Shown: positions 11,307 through 20,937 of the stretch, in pieces | Layout: each line of letters begins with the position of its first letter | Numbering within the stretch: position 1 is the first letter of the stretch | Source: an uncultured Acidimicrobiaceae bacterium | Lineage (GTDB): Bacteria; Actinomycetota; Acidimicrobiia; Spongiisociales; UBA5794 | Direction: 5' to 3' | NCBI GenBank assembly: GCA_964347305.1 | Contig: CAYFYC010000006.1 | Location: forward strand, 1 to 62,070 | Length of the DNA stretch: 62,070 nucleotides | The notes under the pieces: generated by a model | What the model was told of the DNA's origin: nothing | The model's database searches: none | Seen by the model: the letters and a program-made list of their open reading frames with translations, nothing else | Translations under genes and position numbers: made by a program

Positions 11307-12368
11307 ATGCCGCCTACCCTGTTCGACATGCGCAGCGTTCAGCTCGTCGAACCCGGGACGCCGCTCGTGAACCAGCAGGGGCCCGCTCTCGAGCCCGGGC
11401 CCACCGACGTCGTCGTGGCGGTCGAGGCGGCGGGCATCTGCCGGTCCGACGTGCACTACCGGGCCGGCTTTCCGACGACTGCCTTTCTCCCGATCACGCT
11501 CGGTCACGAAGTGGCGGGCACGATCGTCGCTTGCGGGTCGGAGGTGGCCTCGGGCCGGCTGAGAGAGCGGGTCGCACTGCACTATCAGACGTCGTGCGGG
11601 ACGTGTGAGTTCTGCACGAGGGGTCACGAGCAGTTCTGTCCGGACGGAGAGATGCTCGGCAAGAGCCGCCACGGCGGATACGCAGAGCAGGTGGTCGTCC
11701 CTGCCGGCAACGCCTACCCGGTCCCGGACGATGTGAGCGCAGAGCAGGCGGCCGTGATGATGTGCTCGACCGCCACCGCCTTCCATGCGCTGCGCAAGGG
11801 CCGACTGATCGAGGGCGAACGCGTCGCAGTCCTCGGGACGGGCGGCCTCGGCATGTCGGCGGTGCAGCTGGCCCGTGAGCTCGGCGCCGGTGTCGTGTAC
11901 GCCGTCGACATCGACAGGGACCGACTCGCCCTCGCTCAGGCCCATGGTGCCGTGCCGGTTGCCGCCGATGCCGTGGACGTCGGAGCCCGCCTCCAGGAAG
12001 AGGGCGGAGTCGATGTCGCGCTCGACCTCCTCGGCTCCGTCGAACTGGTGCGGATCGGGATGGAGGCGCTGCGTCCCCTGGGTCGCATGGTCGCCGTCGG
12101 CCTCGTGGACGATGCCGTTGCGATCCGCCCCTACGAAGATCTCATCATCGGCGAGCGCGAGCTCATCGGGTGCTCCGACCACCTGGGCGCCGAGATCCCC
12201 GAGCTGTTGGAGATGGCCTCGCAGCGCCGGATCGACGTCGCGTCGGTCATCACCGATCGCGTCCCTCTCGATGCCGGAGCGATCGATACGGCCATGGATC
12301 GACTCGAACGGTTCCGCGGCGGCGTGCGCACGGTGATCGACGTCGCGGGATCCCGGACGTCTGTGTGA
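11307..12368 (+). CDS. Zinc-dependent alcohol dehydrogenase / MDR family oxidoreductase
   Basis: GICRSDVH, GHEVAGTIV, structural-zinc cysteines CGTCEFCTRGHEQFC, Rossmann VLGTGGLG. Start at ATG 11307, or alternatively 11328. Confidence 0.85.
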   Translation: MPPTLFDMRSVQLVEPGTPLVNQQGPALEPGPTDVVVAVEAAGICRSDVHYRAGFPTTAFLPITLGHEVAGTIVACGSEVASGRLRERVALHYQTSCGTCEFCTRGHEQFCPDGEMLGKSRHGGYAEQVVVPAGNAYPVPDDVSAEQAAVMMCSTATAFHALRKGRLIEGERVAVLGTGGLGMSAVQLARELGAGVVYAVDIDRDRLALAQAHGAVPVAADAVDVGARLQEEGGVDVALDLLGSVELVRIGMEALRPLGRMVAVGLVDDAVAIRPYEDLIIGERELIGCSDHLGAEIPELLEMASQRRIDVASVITDRVPLDAGAIDTAMDRLERFRGGVRTVIDVAGSRTSV

Positions 12369-12437
12369 TCGGGGCGCGCGATCCCGAAACCCGGGAATCA
12401 CCCCCGGCTCGCTCTGGTTGACGGGTCGGAGGCAACC

Positions 12438-12704
12438 GTGGGGGAACCCGTGTCACGACAGCAGGAGCAGAAGCCGGTCACGGTCTTCTGGCGACCCGGA
12501 TGTGGGTTCTGCACCCGTCTCCTCGGCGACCTCGAGGCCACCGGCCTGACCTACGAGAAGCGCAACATCTGGGAAGACCCGTCGGCAGCGGCGTACGTTC
12601 GCTCGGTGGCCGACGGCAACGAGACCGTCCCCACGGTCAAGGTCGGGCGCAAGGCGTTCGTCAACCCGTCCGCCGAACGCATCGTCGCCGCCGCGACCCG
12701 CTGA
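12438..12704 (+). CDS. Mycoredoxin / glutaredoxin-like protein
   Basis: CGFC active site in VTVFWRPGCGFCTRL, and GNETVPTVKVG...NPSAE is colinear with remembered mycobacterial Mrx1 (CGYC ... GNRTVPTVKF ... NPSADE). GGAGG lies upstream of GTG 12438. Confidence 0.8.
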   Translation: MGEPVSRQQEQKPVTVFWRPGCGFCTRLLGDLEATGLTYEKRNIWEDPSAAAYVRSVADGNETVPTVKVGRKAFVNPSAERIVAAATR

Positions 12705-12774
12705 GGACGCGCCGTCCCGACCACCACGCCGATGGTCGCCGCCGGCGCCGTCGAACCCTGCCACCACGGCCGGA

Positions 12775-13914
12775 TCATCGCTCCGGTGTCACGTCCTGCA
12801 GGAACCGCAGCACGGCGAACTCGTACCTCGCCGGGTTGGCGTTCCAGATCGTCTCGTGTCCGGCGCCTTCGATCACGTTCAACGTCCCCAGCCCCTCGGG
12901 AAGACAGGCGGCGAACTCCGTGGCAACGTCGACAGGGGCGACGTCGTCGGCCCCACCCTGCAGCAGCAGGACAGGCACGTCGAACTCCGACGCCCGCGCC
13001 GCATGGTCGAGCCGGTTCCACTCCAGATTGAACCGCAACCGGGCCACCCCCTTCGCCGGGGCATGGATGAAGCCGGGGATGTTGCTCGCCGTCGCGTTCC
13101 GATCGGACGTGGCCTCGAGATCGAGAACCGGCGAATCGAAGACGACACCGCGAACGATCGGGAGCAGGGTCGATTCGTGGAGGAACTGTGCGGAGATCGC
13201 AGCACCCATCCCGAATCCGACGACGGCGACACCTCTCGCTCCCTGGCCCTGAGCCCACGCCACGGCGGCCTCCACGTCCGGCCACTCCTCGACACCCCAG
13301 GTGTAACGACCGGACCGCGTGTCGGGAGCGAGGCCATCACCACGCCAGCTCGTCACCACCACGGGATAGTCGGCTTCGACCAATGCCGGGAGGAGGCGCA
13401 GGGACTGCTCCAGCGAGGAGTCCCGACCATGCACCACGATCACCCAGGTGTCCTGACGTCCATCGATGAACCAGGCCAGATCGACGCCCAGCTCGCCGGG
13501 TATCCGCACCGGCTCGTAGTCGATCCCCAGCGCGGTCGCCGGGTCACCACGACGGACGAGTGGATCCCACAGAGCCTCCTCGCCGATGGCGAAACCGCCT
13601 TCGACGACATCGATCTCGCGCACCACCACGTCGTCCCGCAGCTCGATGATCTCGCCGACGATGCCGAACGCCGCCGCGCCCCGCAGACCCCAGACGCCGT
13701 CGGCCTCGACCACGGCGTCCCGCACGAGACCGATGCGACCTCCCCCGATCGTCGCGATCTCGACCGGGGTTCCCTCCGCGAGTGGTCGCGGAACGAGCAG
13801 ATCGTTTCTGATGTCGTTGGAGGCGAGCCACACCGCGACGACGTAGGCGATGCCCAGCACGACGCCGACGACCGCGGCGAGCCGGCGGAGCGTTGTGGCA
13901 TCCGGTCGTTCCAT
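12775..13914 (-). CDS. Membrane-anchored alpha/beta hydrolase
   Basis: N-terminal TM AAVVGVVLGIAYVVAVWL. Nucleophile elbow GFGMGAA is an unusual G-x-G-x-G/M variant where a Ser elbow would be expected, so it needs checking. Has HGRDSS and a C-terminal GAGHE histidine context. Confidence 0.6.
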   Translation of the reverse strand: MERPDATTLRRLAAVVGVVLGIAYVVAVWLASNDIRNDLLVPRPLAEGTPVEIATIGGGRIGLVRDAVVEADGVWGLRGAAAFGIVGEIIELRDDVVVREIDVVEGGFAIGEEALWDPLVRRGDPATALGIDYEPVRIPGELGVDLAWFIDGRQDTWVIVVHGRDSSLEQSLRLLPALVEADYPVVVTSWRGDGLAPDTRSGRYTWGVEEWPDVEAAVAWAQGQGARGVAVVGFGMGAAISAQFLHESTLLPIVRGVVFDSPVLDLEATSDRNATASNIPGFIHAPAKGVARLRFNLEWNRLDHAARASEFDVPVLLLQGGADDVAPVDVATEFAACLPEGLGTLNVIEGAGHETIWNANPARYEFAVLRFLQDVTPER

Positions 13915-13982
13915 TCGCGGGGACGGTACTACCGGTCCGGCGACAGCCGGCTACGGCAGACCGAGCGCCTATCCTCCGGCGC

Positions 13983-14417
13983 ATGGCGAGCATCGAGACG
14001 TCCGTGGAAGTGGCCGCACCGGTGGACAGGGTGTGGGCCGACATCGCACGCCTGGACACCCACGTCGAATGGATGGCGGACGCCGAGCGCATCGATTTCC
14101 TGACAGACCATCACAGCGGTGAAGGGACCCGCATGGAGGTCCTCACGAAGGTCGGACCGCTGAAGACGACCGACGTCATGGAATTCATCGCCTGGGAGCC
14201 GCCGCATCGCATGGCGATCCGACACGAGGGTCTCGTGTCGGGAACGGGCGAGATCGTGCTGTCCGAGGCGGGCCAGGGACGCACTCGCGTCACATGGCGG
14301 GAGGATCTCGACTTCCCTGCGGCCTTCGGAGGACCCGTCGGCGAGTTCTTCGCCAAACCCATCCTCAAGGCCATCTGGCAGCGCAACCTCAAGCGGCTCG
14401 CCGCCCGCTTCGACTGA
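13983..14417 (+). CDS. SRPBCC (polyketide cyclase/START-like) family protein
   Basis: MASIETSVEVAAPVDRVWADIARLD is the typical SRPBCC opening. About 144 aa starting from ATG 13983. Confidence 0.7.
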   Translation: MASIETSVEVAAPVDRVWADIARLDTHVEWMADAERIDFLTDHHSGEGTRMEVLTKVGPLKTTDVMEFIAWEPPHRMAIRHEGLVSGTGEIVLSEAGQGRTRVTWREDLDFPAAFGGPVGEFFAKPILKAIWQRNLKRLAARFD

Positions 14418-14425
14418 GCCGGCCG

Positions 14426-15202
14426 TCACTCGCCCCGGAACTCGGGTGTCTTCTTGTCGATGAACGCCAGGATCCCGCGTCTCGCGTCCTCAGAGGCGAA
14501 CACCCGGTTGAACTCCTCACGTTCCACGGCGAGCGCCTCGTCGATGGGCCGCCCCCAGCCTCGGCGCATCGCCGCCTTCACAGCGCGATACGCCAGGGTC
14601 GGGCCCTCCGCCCACTTGGCGGCATCGGCCATCGCCACCTCGAGCAGGTAGTCGTCGTCGACGATCTTGTCGGCGAGGCCCATGGCCGCGGCTTGGTCCG
14701 CCGGGACCTTGCGCCCGGAGAGGTTCATCTCGAGCGCACGCTGGAACCCGACGAGCCTCGGCAACCGCTGCGTGCCGCCCGCTCCGGGAATGATGCCCAG
14801 GAGGATCTCGGGTTGCCCCACCGAGGCCGAACGTGCCATGTATCGGAAGTCGGCGCCCATGGCCAGCTCCAGACCGCCGCCGAGTGCGGACCCGTGGATG
14901 GCCGCAATCGTGATCTTGGGAAGCGCCTCGAACTTGGCGACCAGCCGACCCAGTTCCGAGGCCTGTTGCTCGTCGGCTCCGGCGGGGCTGTCGAACGAAT
15001 CGACGAAGCGCTTGATGTCGGCACCGGCGGCGAAGTGCCTGCCCTCGCCATGGAGCACCAGGGCGCGGACTCCGGGATCGGCGGCGAGGTCCAGTGCCTC
15101 CGAGATGTCGCCGATCAACGCCGAGTCGAGGGCGTTGACCGGAGGCCGGTTCAACGTGAGGCGCGCCACCGCGCCGCTGGTGGTGTACTCGACCAATTCC
15201 AT
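14426..15202 (-). CDS. Enoyl-CoA hydratase/isomerase (crotonase) family protein
   Basis: LNRPPVNALD, FAAGADI, AAIHGSALGGGLELAMGAD crotonase signature. Confidence 0.9.
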   Translation of the reverse strand: MELVEYTTSGAVARLTLNRPPVNALDSALIGDISEALDLAADPGVRALVLHGEGRHFAAGADIKRFVDSFDSPAGADEQQASELGRLVAKFEALPKITIAAIHGSALGGGLELAMGADFRYMARSASVGQPEILLGIIPGAGGTQRLPRLVGFQRALEMNLSGRKVPADQAAAMGLADKIVDDDYLLEVAMADAAKWAEGPTLAYRAVKAAMRRGWGRPIDEALAVEREEFNRVFASEDARRGILAFIDKKTPEFRGE

Positions 15203-15243
15203 GAGGCTCCTCGGGATCGCGTTCGTCCGAGGCTACCGCCGAC

Positions 15244-15558
15244 TCAGATGGCGACGACCTCTTCGACGCCTGGCACTCGATCGATGAGGATGCGCTCGAT
15301 ACCCGCCGTCAGGGTCATGGTGGACATCGGGCAGCCGCCGCAGGCCCCCACGAGCTGCAGCGTCACCTTGCCGCCGTTGGTGCCGAGCAGGATGAGGTCC
15401 CCACCGTCCGCCTGGAGGGCGGGCCGGATGTACTCCAGTGTCTCGTCGAGGAGGGCGGCATCGATGTCGCTCTCGCCCACCGCGGTCGCGGCCGGATCGG
15501 TCGCATCTGCGGGCGAGGCGACGGAGATGATCGATGTCTGTGGTGCTGTGTCGCTCAT
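15244..15558 (-). CDS. NifU-like (Nfu C-terminal domain) Fe-S cluster assembly protein
   Basis: IRPALQADGGDL...LQLVGACGGCPMSTMTLTAGIE with the CxxC motif. Confidence 0.85.
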   Translation of the reverse strand: MSDTAPQTSIISVASPADATDPAATAVGESDIDAALLDETLEYIRPALQADGGDLILLGTNGGKVTLQLVGACGGCPMSTMTLTAGIERILIDRVPGVEEVVAI

Positions 15559-15626
15559 GGGTGACGTTCAACCAGGGCAGGCGTGCGTTTCTTCCCCTCA
15601 GGAGTGTAGGAGTGGTCGTGTCGCTG

Positions 15627-16937
15627 TCAGCGCAACAACCTTCCCTGGGGACGGATGACACCGTCGTGACCCACGGCCACCAGAACGACGCCGCCGCCGA
15701 CGGCCTCGGCACGCCAGCGCCCTTCGGAGAGGACGGCGGACGGGCGGCCGTCCAGGACGAACTCGACCTCTCCGATCACCTCGAACTCCAGCTCCGATCT
15801 ACCGGCGGCGAGACCGACGGCGACGCTGGCCGGCAACAGATCGCCTGCCGCGACCGGTGTCAGCCCTCCGTAGTAGTGCCCGAGAATGGCCGCCGCATCG
15901 GCTCCGTCGACGCCCATCGCATAGGCGCCCCACTGCGACATGCCCACACCGTGTCCCCATCCTGCGCCGACGAACCGCACCACCCCGGACTCGGGACGCT
16001 CCCCGGGCGCCAGCAGCCCGAGCCCACCCGCCGGTTCCGGCTCGGATGCTTCCAGCTCGGCGGTGAAGCTGTACGACGGCACCGACTGCGGGAGTCGCCG
16101 CCCGTCGTTGCGGTCGGTGGGGAAGAGTCCCGGGTATCGGGCGGGCCCGTGCACGTTGAAGATCGCCCTGACCCGGGTCAACGGGAGCGTCGTGATGCCG
16201 GATGCCGAGGCGATGCGAAGCTCCGAGATGCTCCCGGGAGCCGCTGCCACCTCGACGACGTCGATGTCGCTCCCCAGCGCCACTCCACCGCTGCGCAGGA
16301 CCTGGACGAAGATCTCGGTCGGCATCTCGATGGTCCACGAGTCGAAGGGACTCACACCCAGCTCGGGCGACGAAACCCGCACGAGATAGGGAAGACCGTC
16401 CCCACCCCAGATCTCCTCGACGCCGCGACTCTCGGGCCCGTGGCTCGACGAATACAAGGCTTGAGCCGCCGCACCGTCGTGCACCAGGATCTGACCAGAG
16501 GTCGCCTGGAGCGCATCGAGCCACCGGCTGCCCTCCGGGCCATCCACCACGCCCGCTCCCCGGTAGACCTGACAGACCGTGGAGGCGCAGATGTCGTATC
16601 CGTACGCTCGACCGGTGGCCGACCTTCCCCGCTGCAGCGTCCACGCCAGATATGTGCGGGCCGCGATCGCCTGGGCTCGCAGGGTCTCGTCGGGCCAGCT
16701 GAAGGGCACTTCCCTGATTCCCGCCAGATAGCCGTCGACCGTCTGTTCCTCGACCAGACCCAGGCCGCCCGGCCTGGCGACGATGGTCATGGGATTCGCA
16801 TAGCTGCCGTCGGCGAAGAGGATCCGTGCTCCCTCGCCCGGAACGAGACGGAGCTCCGCATCCGGCGGACCGGCGGCGGCTGCGGCCGGTGTCGCCGCGG
16901 CGGCGACCAGCGCCAGCACCACGGTCAGCCGCCGCAT
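15627..16937 (-). CDS. SpoIID/LytB domain protein (secreted)
   Basis: Signal peptide MRRLTVVLALVAAAATPAAAAA. YLAGIREVPFSWPDETLRAQAIAARTYLAW, and a C-terminal GHGVGMSQWGAYAMG. Only the last 436 aa of track ORF 15627..19031 are used. Confidence 0.85.
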   Translation of the reverse strand: MRRLTVVLALVAAAATPAAAAAGPPDAELRLVPGEGARILFADGSYANPMTIVARPGGLGLVEEQTVDGYLAGIREVPFSWPDETLRAQAIAARTYLAWTLQRGRSATGRAYGYDICASTVCQVYRGAGVVDGPEGSRWLDALQATSGQILVHDGAAAQALYSSSHGPESRGVEEIWGGDGLPYLVRVSSPELGVSPFDSWTIEMPTEIFVQVLRSGGVALGSDIDVVEVAAAPGSISELRIASASGITTLPLTRVRAIFNVHGPARYPGLFPTDRNDGRRLPQSVPSYSFTAELEASEPEPAGGLGLLAPGERPESGVVRFVGAGWGHGVGMSQWGAYAMGVDGADAAAILGHYYGGLTPVAAGDLLPASVAVGLAAGRSELEFEVIGEVEFVLDGRPSAVLSEGRWRAEAVGGGVVLVAVGHDGVIRPQGRLLR

Positions 16938-18187
16938 CACGTTGCGACGACGTCTGCTCCGAGACCCGTGAGCTTGGCGACGAAGTCCGCGTACCCTCGT
17001 GCCACGTGATGGGCCTCGACGATGGTGGTGACGCCATCCGCACGGAGTGCGGCGATGGCGAGGGCCGCTCCCGCCCGGATGTCGGTGCCGTCGACCTCGC
17101 AGCCATCGAGCGCTGGCACGCCTCGTACCACGACGTGCTGGCCGTCCGTAGCGATGTCGGCTCCCATCCGATTGAGCTCGCCGATGTAGCGAAAGCGGGC
17201 CGCGTAGACGTTCTCGGTCACGATCGAGGTCCCGTCCGCAACGGACAGCAGCGCCACCATCTGTGGATGCATGTCGGTGTGGAATCCGGGGAACGGAAGG
17301 GTGGCGAAATCGACCGCCACCGGGCGGTCGGGTCCTGAGATCTCGAACCAGTCCTCGCCGACGGTCAGGGAACACCCGGCGGCCTCCATCTTGCGCAGCT
17401 CCATCCGCAGGTGCTCGGGCACACAGTCGGTCACGCGCACGGTGCCGCCGGTCATCGCTCCGGCGAGCGCGAACGTGCCCGCCTCGAGGCGGTCGGGGAC
17501 GACGCTGTGCTCGGCGGGCGCGAGCGCCGGCACGCCGTGCACCACGATCGTCGAGGTTCCCGCCCCCTCGATCTTGGCGCCCATCTCGTTGAGGTAGACG
17601 GCGAGATCGGCGAGCTCGGGCTCGCGTGCGGCGTTGCCGATCGTGGTCACCCCGTTGGCGAGGACGGAGGCGAGCAACAGGTTCTCGGTCGCCCCGACGC
17701 TCGGGAACTCCAGATAGATGTCGGCGCCGTGCAGTCCGTCGGGTGCCGTGCCGGTGAGGACACCGTGACTCAACACGAACTCCGCCCCCATCTCGCGCAG
17801 ACCATCGAGATGGAAGTCGATGGGTCGCGATCCGAAGTCGTCGCCACCCGGCAAGGCCACGCGTGCCTCCCCGCACCGGGCGAGCAGCGCTCCGAGGATC
17901 AGGATCGAGGCGCGCATCTTCCGGACCAGCTCGAGCGGTGCTTCCGGTCGGGGGCGCTCGGGCACATCGATGATGAGCGACAGACCCTCGACGTCGCAGG
18001 TGGCACCGACGTGACCCAACACATCGCCCATGATCTCGACGTCGAGTATCGGTGGCACGTTGGTGAGGTGGTGCGTGCCCGGGGCCAGCAGCGTGGCCAC
18101 CATGTGCTTGAGCGCCGCGTTCTTGGCGCCGTACACGGGAGCGATGCCCTCGAGCCGTCTCCCGCCGGTGATGCTCAGCTGCTGCAT
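16937..18187 (-). CDS. murA: UDP-N-acetylglucosamine 1-carboxyvinyltransferase
   Basis: MQQLSITGGRRLEGIAPVYGAKNAALKHM, full-length EPSP-synthase-fold MurA. The stop overlaps the spoIID ATG by 1 nt. Confidence 0.95.
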   Translation of the reverse strand: MQQLSITGGRRLEGIAPVYGAKNAALKHMVATLLAPGTHHLTNVPPILDVEIMGDVLGHVGATCDVEGLSLIIDVPERPRPEAPLELVRKMRASILILGALLARCGEARVALPGGDDFGSRPIDFHLDGLREMGAEFVLSHGVLTGTAPDGLHGADIYLEFPSVGATENLLLASVLANGVTTIGNAAREPELADLAVYLNEMGAKIEGAGTSTIVVHGVPALAPAEHSVVPDRLEAGTFALAGAMTGGTVRVTDCVPEHLRMELRKMEAAGCSLTVGEDWFEISGPDRPVAVDFATLPFPGFHTDMHPQMVALLSVADGTSIVTENVYAARFRYIGELNRMGADIATDGQHVVVRGVPALDGCEVDGTDIRAGAALAIAALRADGVTTIVEAHHVARGYADFVAKLTGLGADVVAT

Positions 18188-18241
18188 CAGGAGAGTCTAT
18201 GGCGGATTCCCCGCTTCGAAGCGGATCGACGTCCCGCGCCG

Positions 18242-18751
18242 TCAGCGGAGCCGGAGGCCTCCGAAGACCGCATCGACGTGTGACTCCCAGGAGGCGGCCG
18301 GTGCCCTGACGACGACGCCCACGGCGGAGGCGTCCTCCAGTGGGACGAGGAGGTGCCATTGCGTGCCCGTCGAGATCGAGCCTGCCGAGCGCACCGATCC
18401 GTCGGGGCGCGTCGTCACCTCGTCCAACGCTGCGTCGCCGCCATCGAAGAGCGCCCACAGTGAGCGTGCGACCTGCTCGGGTGACTGCGGCCACGACCCG
18501 CCGGTGGCGGCCACCACGCGGTCCATCTCGACGAACCCGACCGTTGCGTCGGCACCGTCCGGGTGCTCGATCGTCACGTGGCGCGGACCCCGGTCGACGG
18601 CGGTCCACCCCTCCGGCATCCCGATGCAGAACGAGGTCTCGGCACACGCCTCGGCGACGGCGCCGACGGGTGGCGCGTCGGGCGGCGCGCCACACCCCGT
18701 CGTGCCCGCCCAGAGGACCGAGCCGAGCAGAAGCGGTAGCAGTCGTCGCAT
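18242..18751 (-). CDS. Putative lipoprotein, function unknown
   Basis: MRRLLPLLLGSVLWAGTTGCG signal with a lipobox-like Cys. Confidence 0.6.
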   Translation of the reverse strand: MRRLLPLLLGSVLWAGTTGCGAPPDAPPVGAVAEACAETSFCIGMPEGWTAVDRGPRHVTIEHPDGADATVGFVEMDRVVAATGGSWPQSPEQVARSLWALFDGGDAALDEVTTRPDGSVRSAGSISTGTQWHLLVPLEDASAVGVVVRAPAASWESHVDAVFGGLRLR

Positions 18752-18861
18752 GACGGAAACCTACCCTGAGAGGGGTTGGAGACTCCGGCTGGTAACTTCC
18801 TAAGGTCCCTGGTCCGGCGCGCCGACGCTGCGAGCAGGGCGTCTCATCGACGGGATTCCAT

Positions 18862-20937
18862 GTGATGCGACCAGATCTGTACATCAACCGAGACCTGGCA
18901 CTGCTCGACTTCCAGGAGCGGGTGCTCGGCCTCGCCCGCAACCCGGATCTCCCTCTGCTCGAACGCGTCAAGTACATCGCGATCGTCTCCTCCAACCTGG
19001 ATGAGTTCTTCCAGGTCAGGGTCGCCGGCATCAGGGAACAAGAGGCGACAGGCGGCGATCATCCCTCTCCCGACGGGATGACACCTCACGAGCAACTCGA
19101 GGCCATCTCGAAACGTGTGATCGAGATCAACGACGCCGTCGACGAGCTCTACCGGGGCGACATCCAGCCACTGCTCGACAAGGCGGACGTCCGGATCGAG
19201 ACGTGGGACGACCTCGGGCCTGCCGACAAGGCGTACCTGGCCGACCAGTTCGAACACGAGATCTTCCCGGTGTTGACGCCGCTCGCGGTCGATCCGCTGC
19301 ATCCGTTCCCCTACATCTCCGATCTGTCGCTGAACCTCGCCGTCTATCTCGAAGACGGCGACGGCGACGAGCTGTCGTTCGCCAGGGTGAAGGTGCCGCC
19401 GCTCCTCCCCCGCTTCTATCCGCTGCGCGACGGCCATCGGTTCGTCCTGCTCGAGGACGTGATCGCCCATCATCTCGATCGCATCTTCGCCCACGAGATC
19501 GTGGACCGATTCGTGTTCCGGGTGACGCGCAACGCCGACCTCACGGTCGAGGAGGAAGCCGAGGATCTCCTCGAGGCGATGGAGACGGTGCTGCACATGC
19601 GCCGGCGTTCGGCGGACGCGGTTCGGCTCGAGGTCGGCGAGTCGGTGGGCGACCATGCCCTCGAACTGCTCGTCGAGCAGCTGGGGCTGAACGCCCGCGA
19701 CGTCTACCGGCGCACGACGCCACTCGGCCTCGTCGACCTCTGGTCGTTGTTCTCGCTGCCCCGCTCCGACCTCAAGGACCCGCACTACACCCCCACGACC
19801 CAGGCGAGGCTCGCCGAGGGGTACGAGGGACACGACCTCTTCGACGAGATCTCGAAGGGCGACGTGTTCGTCCACCACCCCTACGAGTCGTTCGCCACGT
19901 CGACTGCGGCGTTCATCGCCCAGGCTGCCTCCGACCCGGACGTGCTGGCGATCAAGCAGACGCTCTACCGGACCTCGGCGCCCACCGACCCCGCTCTCGG
20001 TGGCGAGGCAGCCGTCGTCCGCAGCCTCATGAACGCCGCGGCGGCGGGCAAGCAGGTCGTGGTGCTCGTCGAGCTGAAGGCGAGGTTCGACGAGGCGGCC
20101 AACATCAACTGGGCGAAGATGCTGGAAGCCGGTGGCGTCCATGTCATCTACGGCGTCGAGGGCCTCAAGACCCACTGCAAGATCCTGCTGGTCGTGCGGA
20201 GAGAGCACGGCAAGCTGCGTCGCTACGCCCACGTCGGGACGGGCAACTACAACCCGAACACCGCCAGGATCTACGAGGACATCGGGATCTTCACCGTCGA
20301 CCCCGACATCGGGGCCGACCTCTCGGAGCTCTTCAACTCGCTCACCGGTTATCCCGGCACCCGTGGCTATCAGAAGCTGCTCGTGGCGCCGTCGACGCTC
20401 CTCGACCGGTTCATCGCCCTCATCAGGCGGGAGGCAGATCGGGGCGAGGACGGCTGGATCATGTGGAAGCTCAACCATCTCGTCGAGCCGGCCATCGTCG
20501 AAGAGCTGTACGCCGCCGCCGAGAAGGGCTGCCGCATCGACCTGATCGTTCGCGGGATGAATTCGATCCGTGCCGGGGTTCCGGAGGTGAGCGAAACCGT
20601 CCGGGTCCGCTCCATCGTCGGGCGATACCTCGAGCACTCGCGTCTCTACCGCTTCGGCCACCCCGATCGCGACGCCGTCTACTACCTCGGCTCGGCGGAC
20701 ATGATGCCGAGAAACCTGCATCGACGGGTCGAGGCCTTGATGCCGGTGACCGCTCCCCGATCTGTGGCACGGATCGAGGAGATCCTCAACGTCCTGTGGG
20801 CCGACGACGAACTGGCCTACGAGATGACGCCGACCGGCACCTGGGAGAGGGTGCCCGAGAATGCCAATGTCAATGCCCACCTCCGTCTCCAGGCGCTCGC
20901 CATCGAACGCAGCCGCGAGGAGCCCGGTCCCCGCTGA
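18862..20937 (+). CDS. ppk: Polyphosphate kinase 1
   Basis: YINRDLALLDFQERVLGLA, FFQVRVAG, two PLD-like HKD regions (THCKILLV, EHSRLYRF). Confidence 0.95.
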   Translation: MMRPDLYINRDLALLDFQERVLGLARNPDLPLLERVKYIAIVSSNLDEFFQVRVAGIREQEATGGDHPSPDGMTPHEQLEAISKRVIEINDAVDELYRGDIQPLLDKADVRIETWDDLGPADKAYLADQFEHEIFPVLTPLAVDPLHPFPYISDLSLNLAVYLEDGDGDELSFARVKVPPLLPRFYPLRDGHRFVLLEDVIAHHLDRIFAHEIVDRFVFRVTRNADLTVEEEAEDLLEAMETVLHMRRRSADAVRLEVGESVGDHALELLVEQLGLNARDVYRRTTPLGLVDLWSLFSLPRSDLKDPHYTPTTQARLAEGYEGHDLFDEISKGDVFVHHPYESFATSTAAFIAQAASDPDVLAIKQTLYRTSAPTDPALGGEAAVVRSLMNAAAAGKQVVVLVELKARFDEAANINWAKMLEAGGVHVIYGVEGLKTHCKILLVVRREHGKLRRYAHVGTGNYNPNTARIYEDIGIFTVDPDIGADLSELFNSLTGYPGTRGYQKLLVAPSTLLDRFIALIRREADRGEDGWIMWKLNHLVEPAIVEELYAAAEKGCRIDLIVRGMNSIRAGVPEVSETVRVRSIVGRYLEHSRLYRFGHPDRDAVYYLGSADMMPRNLHRRVEALMPVTAPRSVARIEEILNVLWADDELAYEMTPTGTWERVPENANVNAHLRLQALAIERSREEPGPR

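Noticed and set aside
10131-12401. 756-aa version of the cysteine desulfurase ORF and the 700-aa version of the dehydrogenase ORF (10266..12368)
   Set aside because: The family-typical N-termini (MTIYLDHAATT and MPPTLFDMRSVQLVEPG) occur internally. The long extensions are mutually antisense and compositionally non-coding.
15627-19031. 1134-aa ORF suggesting one giant protein across the spoIID, murA and lipoprotein region
   Set aside because: Only the C-terminal 436 aa (from MRRLTVV with a signal peptide) look like a real protein (SpoIID/LytB). The upstream 700 aa are Arg/Gly/Pro-rich and overlap murA, which is read in a different frame.
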